Shown piece by piece: positions 53,915 through 64,000 of a stretch of DNA of 64,000 bases. The notes under the pieces are model-generated. The model saw nothing but the letters and a program-made list of their open reading frames with translations. It ran no database searches and was not told where the DNA came from. Location: the NCBI GenBank assembly GCA_030141605.1, contig JAQGDQ010000105.1:186001-250000 (forward strand). The letters run 5' to 3'. The translations under genes and the position numbers were made by a program. Within the stretch, counting starts at the first letter, position 1. The number at the start of each line of letters is the position of its first letter. The stretch comes from Tubiluchus corallicola (lineage: Eukaryota; Animalia; Priapulida).

Positions 53915-56044
53915 CTTCTTTCTCTGTTTCTGTGTTTTGGCTTTACATGGTTATTTATTGCATGTAGCTTACGAAAACTTTCACCTAGTCATAACGTACC
54001 CAAAGTCAATCTCAGGTTTTCTGGATTTGTTCGCACGAAGCCATGCAGATCGTAAACCGGCTTCGTGTTTTCGCAACAGCTGCGCGAATCACTTAGGCAT
54101 ACTAAAACAAATTGTGCGCGCCAAAGTGCTACTAACTGCTGCAAGATGCGGTGACAACTTGCGCGCTTAATAATGTTTATGACGCCGCAAATTCTTCTAG
54201 AAGAATTTATTGTTAACAAGCTGCTGATATTATTAACGGATGGGATTTTTTTGGAAGAAAAATGAATGTCAGAGGGATACTATGGCGTAAGGACGAAAAA
54301 CCAGCTGCATTGAAACGATGTGGAAAAGAAGGCAGGGATAAGCTTAATGAGACGAACTAAAACTTGGTGTAGCTTTATCTTAAATTTTAAGTGATGATTG
54401 TTTCACTGGGATGTTGTCGTCGTATCATCATCAATAAGAAGAAACCATAAATAACAAACAAGGCAAAGAAACACGACATGGCAAGACATCTTCTTTCAAA
54501 CGAGGACGCGATCATTTAATTATCTTCAATCTGGATGTTCAAATATCGTCGTTTTTGCGATCGATCCATCTGCATGGAATAACTCCTTTTACTTCTACCC
54601 TGCATGTTGTAGTGCAAAATAAAAATGCATGCTTCACAGGAAGTTAGGCTGTTTTAATGTTCCTGAAAACTGTTAGAAAGATTCGGCAATAAAAGTGTAA
54701 TAAGTGTCTTGTGTAATTAGTAAAATCACTTTTGAAGCAGCGCTGAAAACATTGCTAATGTTAAACGACATCGTAGTTTTGTCAACAGCAACTTTTTGCA
54801 CTACATGTGATGGATGAAAAGATATTAGTAAAGCGGTACGCGTGATGTCATTGGTATCTCGTGCTTCGCTCTTTTATTGTTGCAACACGGCCTTACTCTA
54901 TTGTGCCCTTCAGATAATGCTTCTGACAAAGAGCGATCATGTTTACGCTTTCCAAATTGTAAGAACATGGTGGGTTCTTATGTGTGATCCGCGAGAAAGA
55001 GTTCGACGCCGAGGCAGCATGACAGAGTTTCTTTCCTGCATTGAAATTACAATATTTCATTTATCTGCACAAAAGCCATCAGCTGTGCAAGTCCAAACTA
55101 AAGCATGCTTGAGAAACTGCAGCTAAATATGGTTTTCATGCTGTTTGTCCTAATTATTACCTTTAATTAATGTGTATGTCTTAATCAAAAAAGTGGCTAG
55201 CAACTTACTTTCAGATTACTGATTTGATTTGCGGCCAGAAGTACCCCGCATACTATAATAATTGCACATACAACTGTTCAACTAATAGAATACTGTACCG
55301 GTCGCATTTTCCAAACAGTCACAGCTTAATACGTAAACCTGATTGCCTTCTATCTTGATATATACCAACACTACTTTTGGTCGTCTGTGATGCGTTATTT
55401 TTTCATCGGGAGACTCCCGAATTTAATAGTAACCGCTCTTTCTTCACATTTTGAAATGTTTCTTGAAATATATATGTAAACCAAATGCGATCACAGTGAG
55501 ATGGAACAACACCCTCTCACCCATTTGCCCGAAAGACAACCCGAAAAGAACCGTTCGGCAACGCAAGTACGTAGAATAGAGAAGCGGGATTGCATTATGT
55601 AACTTACACAAAGCTTAAATAAGCCAGAGATACCAGTGACGTCACGCTAAAACTAATACAGCATATTTTTGTCTGTATAAAGCTTTCGTCAGTTTTTAAA
55701 TTCAACATGGTTACCAGCAATGCCTACATTTTGACACCCAATCATGTTTTGCTTCGGTTCTGCTTTAAAGTCGCGAGTATCTCATCCATGGGCGGGCTCA
55801 TGTTAAACGCTCATGTTCAGCCAGTGAACTGGCCAAATGGTTGAAGCAACGCGCAGTCAAGTTTTTGCAAAAAAAAACTAGACAGCTAATTGTGTGATAT
55901 TTCTGAATGGACATAAAGTAAGCAGTATAATTCTGAATTAATTTAAGCGACGCACACGCGCGTTTGTAAAAAGCCATGAAACGCTCGCCAACTCTGTAAG
56001 TACGTGATAATTTTCATCACAGTTCAGTATTTATATACTGACTA

Positions 56045-56500
56045 GCCGGGCCACATTAAATTTTCCCGCAATTCCTGCGGGCCACATGCAGTTTGGTCAA
56101 GGAGCCAAGTACAATAGGACCTAATAACGATTTTTTGCATCCGATTTGCGTACATCATTGCTACTGCATTACTGCACCATTACTACACTTAAGGAACTAT
56201 TTTAGAAGTTATTAAAATTTATATTAAAAACCATATATTTCGTCATGTCCGACAGTTACATTAAGTGACAACGGTCTTGTAAGGGTTAATGCCATCCGAT
56301 CTAGAGGAAAAAACTACCCGCACTATCTTTTTGCGATATTGGCGCGGACTTCAGCTGGATCACGTGGGCCGCACTTTCATTACGTTGACAAACCTCTTTG
56401 CGGGCCGCACTTTCATTACGTTGACAAACCTCTTCGCGGGCTGCACAAGATCTCTTGGCGGGCCGCAAGTGGCCCACGGGCAGCAGTTTGCACACCCCTG
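56045..56500. mobile_element. hAT-type non-autonomous element, one end missing
   Basis: Repeated GCGGGCCGCA/GGGCCACA subterminal motifs, terminus GCAGTTTGCACACCCCTG, and an internal 36-bp direct repeat at 56366-56437. Confidence 0.7.
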
Positions 56501-56746
56501 ACTTACCTAGATCTGTTTACTGATATTGTGTCGATAAAATACTATAGATTTGATGGTATTTAGGTACCCTCAGGTTTTGTATATTTCAGCTTCTAATGCA
56601 GTGGTGAATCTTACTAGATATAGGAAACTTCAGAATATTTAAAAGAATATTGAATAATATTCACGCCAGGTGTGGCTAATTGTTAGTATTGCATCCTTGA
56701 ACATTATCTAATGAAATAACGTGTTTTTTTCCGCAAAACTAACCAT

Positions 56747-57222
56747 CTTCTTCTTCTTCCCAGCTTTTCCCTATGCCGGGTCGCCGTTGTGAATGAGTCT
56801 TCTCCACGCATTCCTGCTGTTGACCATCTCTTCATTTATATCTTCCCTTCCCACATGATCTTCACCGACTCTTCTTTTCAGGTGTCCATACCATCGCAAT
56901 CTTGCGAGGCTTCCACTACTTTTACTGTTCCTCTGATATTATTATTTCTAATTTTATCTCTTCTTGTTATTCCCACCATCAATCTCAACATCCTCATCTC
57001 CACCACACCCATTTTCTTCTCTTCGGTCTTCTTTAGAGAAGCTGCTTCCAGCCCATAGATTAGAGCGGGTCTGACCACTTCTTTGTGGACTTTCCCTTTT
57101 AGTCTCACCGACTCATTCATAGAAGGTTTTGGCGCAGTTTTTACAGGCGAATGCCCTTCCTGACCCTAACCCTCCCTGTTTATCCGGGCTTGGAACCGGC
57201 ACTCCCCCCCCCAGTGGCTAGG
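56747..57222 (-). mobile_element. Bipartite, internally deleted RTE-clade (Expander/Rex3-like) retroelement
   Basis: Perfect 19-bp TSD TTTCCGCAAAACTAACCAT (56728-56746, 57223-57241); (GAA)n tail; RT C-terminal peptide VRPALIYGLE..EMRMLR..TRRDKIRN; ~100-bp 5' UTR-like segment. Confidence 0.88.
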
Positions 57223-57967
57223 TTTCCGCAAAACTAACCATAATGGCTAAAAACAAAGCACAGTCATTGAGTTTATGTCCTTGAGTGATGCCATAATTGT
57301 GAAAATTGTGCAATAAATGCATTAATTCCTTGGAAATTCAAAAACCAAAGTAAAATTTAATCAGATACGTGTTGAGTTTATGACATAATATCATTTGTTT
57401 TCACATTTGGTGGTCTGCTTATACTTCATTGTGTTGTTGGTTTTCTATATTAGTACTCTGACGTTTTTGGTGTACATTTCTAAGATGTAAATAGGTAATA
57501 AAAATAAGACACTTGCATTGTTAATAGGGTGTATTTTATTATAGCTCTGTAGTAATTCTAATTTAACGTTAAGATGTCTCACAATTTTAAAGTTGGCTGA
57601 TTCACGTTTGGTAGGTGTGCGTTTGGAACTATGGTCTGGCTTTTTAAACAGAAATCATAATTCATATCATTTGCGGTATTTCATTTGGAGACTCGGGTTA
57701 CTAAATCTGAATAGGTGTATGAGCAATGATGTGAACTATGTTATAATGTTGTACAGATAAATTGATGTAGCCAAGTTTTTGGTTTAAATAAATTATGGAT
57801 TTTTGTTCTAACTATTGTGTTTGGCTGTGTTGATAATAACATTATCACCTCTGTAGCAGAAGAGTAATGATTTGTGCTCACGACTGTTCCAAAGAATCAT
57901 TTTAAAACCTTAAAACCGGGCTAAAGAATGTAAAGAGTTTGCCGACACACCCTGGTAATGCAGTAAT

Positions 57968-58551
57968 GTTGTTGTTCGTCCTTCATAGTCGAAGAGGACC
58001 ATGACTTCATTCTGACTTCGTAGGATGTGTACGGAAGTGTCTTATAAGCCCGATTCTTGCTGAGAACCTCCTCCTGCAATGAGGACATGAGAATGGTGTG
58101 CCTTGATAGGCATTGCGTTGTCTGTCTTTTCGAAGCTGTCTTTTCTCCTGCCTAACTTGGATGCGCCTGGACTCATAGTTGGTCACTCCCGATTTGATGA
58201 GGGACCGCCAACGAGATCTCTCCTGTGCCACATCTTCCCAGGAGTCGACATTGATGTTGCATTCTTTCAGGCTGGCTTTGAGGGTGTCTTTGTATCTTTT
58301 CCGTTGCCCTCCAACTGACCGTTTCCCTTCTTTCAGCTCGCAGTACATGAGTCTCTTTGGCAGTCTGTGATCTTCCATACGTTGAACATGGCCAACCCAT
58401 TTCAGTTGTGCTGCCTTAAGCATTGAATGGACACTGATGGATTGTGCTCTCTCGAGGATTTCAGGTTCTGGTATCAAGTCCTGCCAGCTGATCTTGAGGA
58501 GTCGTCTTAGACAACGCAGGTGGAAGGAGTTTAGTTGTCTGGCATGGCGAT
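57968..58551 (-). mobile_element. 5'-truncated RTE (BovB/RTE-1-like) LINE
   Basis: QLKWVGHVQRMEDHRLPKRLMYCEL..GGQRKRYKDTLK, C-terminal C2H2 finger CPHCRRRFSARIGLIRHFRTH, (CAA)n tail, and degenerate TSD CTGGTAATGCAGTAAT / CTGGAATGGAGTAAT. Confidence 0.9.
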
Positions 58552-58607
58552 CTGGAATGGAGTAATAGTACTATGCCAGATGGACCCTATGCTTCATCTG
58601 TTGAACT

Positions 58608-59065
58608 CAGGGGCGTCTTAACCAATAGGCAACTAGGTTATAGCCAGGGGTGCTAAAATCTGAGGGCATCACATTTCAGAAAAAATTCTTATTCTCCTCG
58701 GAAAATGTGTAACTTTCATATTCATATAAAGGGGCATTTTATAACACACCACAGGCAGTTAACGAAGCAAACTTTATAACGGCGTTAACTAACGATGTCA
58801 ATAGCAGCTAAGCTTTTATATAAGTGCCACATAACGAACAGGTGCAAGGTATTACACAACAAGCAGTTGCACAGCCTGCTTGAATATAAGCGCTATGCAA
58901 ATGCAAGTAATTAATAATGACACGTAGAAACTAGGTTAATATGTTTCTAATACACCACAAGTAATTGTTTAATTTGCTCATTACATAAGCAGCCATAAAT
59001 TCACACTAGAGATAAGCGGGATAGAACTATTAGCTTAGGGCATCGTAAAGCGTTGATACGTCCCG
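58608..59065. mobile_element. hAT-type MITE
   Basis: Starts CAGGGGCGTCTTAA and ends TTGATACGTCCCG (degenerate TIR); 8-bp TSD GTTGAACT / GTTGAACC. Confidence 0.6.
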
Positions 59066-59093
59066 GTTGAACCTGATAAAGTTTATCAGTTAA

Positions 59094-59438
59094 CCCTTTC
59101 ATACCCGTGGGATACAAGAATATTTTCTGCCTTTAAAATTAATAAAATTTTAAAACTGACAGTTATTTGATCTGTTAATAGTTATTTTGATTTAAGCCAA
59201 TAACAATAGACTAAAAATGGTGATAAAATGGCAAACTAGAAAATCTACGTAGCATAAAAAACTGCGCAAGGTACAGTACTTTAGAGACGACTTTGTACAG
59301 ATCAACATAGCATGCATACTAAATGTCTTAAATACTTTAAAAAATTATCAGCAGTCGCAAAATGAAGCACAGTTTTTGCTTTTGTTGTGTTTTTAAAAAA
59401 GTTTTTCTTATTAAAAAAATAATTTGGGACTGAAAGGG
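59094..59438 (+). mobile_element. piggyBac-type MITE, copy 1
   Basis: TTAA|CCCTTTCA ... TGAAAGGG|TTAA. Confidence 0.88.
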
Positions 59439-60333
59439 TTAAAAGGATTTCACCTATGACTGTGCACAGTACAGATATTTTGTGACAATTTTCTTAACTA
59501 ATTATGAAATGCTATGCTAGTGGCACAAGAAATTTGTCTGAATCAAATTTAGCTTTGTCTCCATCCCAGCATCTCCTATATTACTCCAGTGTTTATTAGA
59601 TATATTATAATGTCACCTACATCTATTGTAATATATTAGTGCATAATCTTCGTTTTGACGCCATCAGCTGGTCAATAAACCCATTATTCTTGATTTATAA
59701 AAGATTTATTTTAAGGGTAACTGTATAGAGCCGTTCATTTCGCCGTGTTGTTCACGTTCAGGTACTACAAAACTGTGGGACTTTATCATTTTGCCGCAAA
59801 TAGTGCATAGTACATTTTTGTCGAAATTTGGATTCATGGCAACTGTAGACGCGCATGTTTATTAACAACCATTTCAGCTGAGTTTTTATTTCATCTTGAT
59901 CATCATGCACTGGAACGCAGATGCTAGCCTGCTAGGCGTTCATTTTTTGGAAAACTATTTCCTGAATTGACGAATACAATTAAGGTAGCAATTACATAAG
60001 AAAGCGTACGTGCGATCAGCATTAATTCGTCAGCTGGTAATTCATAGTGAATATTCTGAATTACCAATACATAGTAATATATCACAGTTTATGATATGTA
60101 CGGGAAATTTTAGCTAATGCATCAATGCTAGAATTAACATTGTTGTGGTTAAAAACAGATTGCAAACCATCAAAGTTGATGGTCGGATATTTCAACCGAA
60201 CAGTTGCCGATAGAGGGCACTACACTGTATCACATGTTACACACAAAACTCGGGCTGAACAGGCGAATTCACGCCATTACAGAAACACATCCTGTTTTGG
60301 CTGAGATATTATCGATTTTTAGACGTTTAGTTT

Positions 60334-60337
<4 letters not shown>

Positions 60338-60422
<85 letters not shown>
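60338..60422. repeat. (GA)n microsatellite
   Basis: Seen directly. Confidence 0.97.
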
Positions 60423-60426
<4 letters not shown>

Positions 60427-61559
60427 GGATAGAGGGAGGGAAAGAGAAAACGAGAGATATAGAAAAGTGTCGATCGAGTGTCACCTTGATCGAAATGAAC
60501 CTGGAGAGTTTAGCGAGCAGGCAGCGACAATGTTCTAAATGACATATTCTTCTAATTCGGCAGAAAAAATCTAAATAAGCGAGTAAGTCAATGCTTCGCA
60601 TTCCGGAATAGTTTTCTTATCTAAATCTTCCACTTTTTACCTGCTTTAGTTTTGTCAGGTTACCTCTGCAGGTTCTGGCCGCAAATACCGTCTTTTCTGC
60701 TTATCAAGATCGTACAACTTGTACATAATTCTGCAATAAAACGCCTTGAAGAGAATTCATCATACATTCATACTCAAGTTTGCTTGCAATTACTTGCTTA
60801 ATTGTCCAGTTTCAGTTTAAAAGCAATTAACTTAACTAAAAGCAACGATATTTCTTTTTAGAATTAGAAAGCCTAGAGAGTAGCTGGCCACATGCATCCA
60901 AGAAGAGGGGTACCTGAAGTAGGTTTCAGAAAAATCCTCTTAAGAAATTGTATTACTTTATAACAATTTTATGCGTATATCGTACTCGCGCTGAAAAGGA
61001 TTTTTTGTTTGTTTTCATTTTTAATTTCCCGCAATACTGTCCCGACCGCGCCATTACATGACGTCATATATGCACAACGTAAATCAGGGGAAGATAAGGC
61101 AATGTTAAACTATGTTAAACTTTCCATGCAAGGTTATATTACTTAGCATTTCGCTTACCTGCCTGAAAGACTTATGTAACAAGAAAAGAAAATTATTAAT
61201 TATTTAAAATGTTTTCACCAATTGGCAAAATGTCGCTGACTGATCCTCCAGGGTGCACCACTCACTAACCAGAAAACATATTTTTAATCTTATTGACAAG
61301 ATACAGCAATTTAAAATTTTACTTAGTGACGTATCGCTACGAATACATTGATTATTTTTGATTATTGAAATGTAAACCTATTTCAAATGACTTGTCCTCA
61401 AAATGGCTGCGCCTAACGGGAGTTTAAATTTATACATGTTTTATACAGCGTTACTCCCGACGCAAGCCCTGTATGCAAAGAGGCAGTATGTAAGTGGTAC
61501 AAAATTTCAGGACGAATTTTTAAGCTTTACGTAAGTGGCTTAAATCTTTCATGCTTTAA

Positions 61560-62000
61560 CCCTTTCAGTCTTAAATTATTTTTTTAACAAGAATTTTTTT
61601 TTGATTTAGTACTTTTGTTTAGTATGTCCATCTTGTTTACACATAATAATTATTTTTTCTAAATGTAGCCTGCATCCCACGGGATACATTGGGATTCAAT
61701 GGAAGCATAAAATGGGCTTCATTTTGCAACTGCTGATAATTTTTTAAAGTATTTAAGACATTTAGTATGCATGCTATGCTGATCTGTACAAAGTCGTCTC
61801 TAAAGTACTGTACCTTGAGCAGTTTTTTATGCTATGTAGATTTTCTAGTTTGCCATTTTATCACCATATTTAGTCCATTGTTATTGGCTTAAATCAAAAT
61901 AACTATTAACAGATCAAATAACTATCCGTTTTAAAATTTTGTTAATTTTAAAGGCAGAAAATATTCTCGTATCCCACGGGATACAACGGGTATGAAAGGG
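61560..62000 (-). mobile_element. piggyBac-type MITE, copy 2 (inverted, ~100 bp longer)
   Basis: TTAA TSDs at 61556-61559 and 62001-62004, same TIR; near-identical to the reverse complement of copy 1. Confidence 0.88.
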
Positions 62001-62432
62001 TTAACGAAGAATTTGAGGTAAAGGGCTTTGAAAATAGTACGCATGGAATCAGATGTCCATGAAAATTAGCTTTGGAGATTGATCAGAAATTGCGATGAAT
62101 ACTAAGAACTGCAGGCAAAAAGTGATTCAGCTCATCCATGTAGTATGTGATTAGACTGGTTAATGGTAAAGATAAGTGAAATGCCACGCCCAACAGAAAT
62201 TTCTGAAAAATATAATATAAGCAAATGTATTATAAAAGTACTATATCATTTAATATTATCTCAGTATCTTTAACTCAGAATGCACTAATGTATCGACGAA
62301 TGTGGCCAATATTAGAGCTTTAAACATAGAAAATCTTTTAAAATTATAAATGCAGTTATAATTACTTTACCGTGAATTGCATTTACTGAAATAAACCATT
62401 TTTACTAGTATTTTTATTATCGTAACAATTAC

Positions 62433-62774
62433 TATGTTTCTGTTGTCAGATTTTTATTTCAGTTCTTGTTTCAGTTCAGTTTTATTTCAGTTATTTTCAG
62501 TTTGATTTTTTTTTATTATGCACTTATTATTACTGTGTATGAATTGTACAAACACGTTATAAGCATATCAATTTAATATCATTCGTAACAATTAATTTTT
62601 ATTATAAGCAGTACTAACACTAACACACTGTCGCATAGCGCCTATAAAAAATGTTCATGACTAACCAAAGGGCAGCTAACTAGGTGACAAATTGGTCTTT
62701 CGCTGCCCTTTCTTCACATTTTTGTTTCCAAATTAATTGTATTATAACTCTGCGTGTGTTACGAGATATAAATT
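62433..62774 (+). mobile_element. 5'-truncated 3' UTR copy of the CR1/L2-group LINE at 1752-5900
   Basis: Aligns with the reverse complement of ~1810-2141, including the hairpin at 62667-62711. Confidence 0.9.
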
Positions 62775-64000
62775 AACCTCACGTCATACAGACATTTTTT
62801 CTACAAATTTTGATTGTTATATGTTTATAAGTCAAGTGGTAACAGTGAAATAAATCCAACATGCTAAATGACACGTCTTTTCATTTAACATTTTTAATCG
62901 GCCAGTAATTTGTAATTTACGTATACGTACATAGGTTGATATGTGCATATATGCACATACATACGCACATACATATGGCATTCACTTGACTTTTTTAAAC
63001 AATACTTTCAATTTCCTCACAAAGTGGAAACAAAAACATACAGAAAAAATAAAAACAACCTGAGCAGCCGCTGTTCTAAGAATCGGTTCTTTGAAAGAAA
63101 AAAACGATTTTTTTTTCACTAAAAAGCACCATATGTTACCCATTGTGCTAAAGTTCGGTTACCAAATTGTTTCCTGTTTTCAAAAATATTCATGAAGATC
63201 CAGTTTCTTTGGGCCTTTTGAGCACTTCTTGACGTTTCATACCTGCCCTTTAGTCTGTCGGCCTTGTAAGCTTCTTGTAAATTTCTTGCAGCTTTGTGTT
63301 TTCACTGAGCAACGTTATTATTGCCAGAAGCCTAGACTAGTTCACACATGTCACAGTAGGAGACAGAATGATAATATTTTAAGGAAAAATGACTTTTGAA
63401 CTTGAAGACCAACCAAGACCAACCAAAGCCTCTATGAACCCAGGGATGTTCGGGTATATAAGGTTACGTGTTTTTGGGTATCCAGTCATTTGAATGAAAG
63501 AATGTGTAAATTTAATTGCTTAACTCCTTACGGTTTTCCCACATTTTCCCAAGTTCTCTCCTCTCTCTCTCCTCAGCGTCATCGGCTTCATTTCATTCGT
63601 AAAACTGTCTATGTGCAGTTTAATTTAACTAGTGAGTTATTATTAAATTACATGTCTGGCTATTGCTCTCTAAACAAAAGACTGGCATATCATCAGGCAT
63701 ATCAACAGTTAAAAATTAAATGTGTAGGGATGTAAAAATTACGTCCTGAAATACTCCTACGAAGAATTGTAGTTCATAGCTCTTATGCTGTATGGATTTA
63801 CTACTGTGTCTTGCTCTAACAGACTTTTTGATTTGAATATGTTGCAATTGGAAGAGAGAAGAATTCATTATGATGTAAACACATGCTACATTATTATTCA
63901 TAGGGAAAATGACTTCGATAGAATAGATTTTTTACCTATGCTCCTAAAATTTCTAGGAGCCTAAGGGTCAAAGTTTATGAAAATCGATCTGTATCAACAG

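Noticed and set aside
63380-63425. FELEDQPR peptide resembling a mariner transposase motif
   Set aside because: Only about 8 residues, with no flanking transposase sequence or TIRs recognised.

Overview
AT-rich eukaryotic (invertebrate animal, possibly arthropod) genomic DNA, not prokaryotic. Two host genes can be supported. (1) An intronless, signal-peptide-bearing cyclase-family metal-dependent hydrolase (kynurenine formamidase/isatin hydrolase-like) at 616-1434(+). (2) A gene with 16 coding exons at 21260-35540(+), which I assembled by hand from GT-AG boundaries with consistent phases (4230 nt, about 1409 aa). It encodes a type I membrane protein: signal-like N-terminus, 24 EGF repeats (8 in single-domain phase 1-1 exons, 16 in one 2-kb exon), 3 WAP domains, one Ig-like domain, a TM helix with a Fasciclin-3-like juxtamembrane motif, and a tail containing an ITIM-like motif. 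The rest is repeats: a near-complete frameshifted CR1/L2-group LINE (PHD-APE-RT), RTE-clade fragments (one bipartite with a perfect 19-bp TSD), two non-autonomous Helitrons, a Helentron/HINE-like element, hAT and piggyBac MITEs, long palindromic elements, tRNA- and 5S-derived SINE remnants, and microsatellites. I found no host gene in 36000-64000. All family assignments come from motif recognition by eye; no database searches were run.
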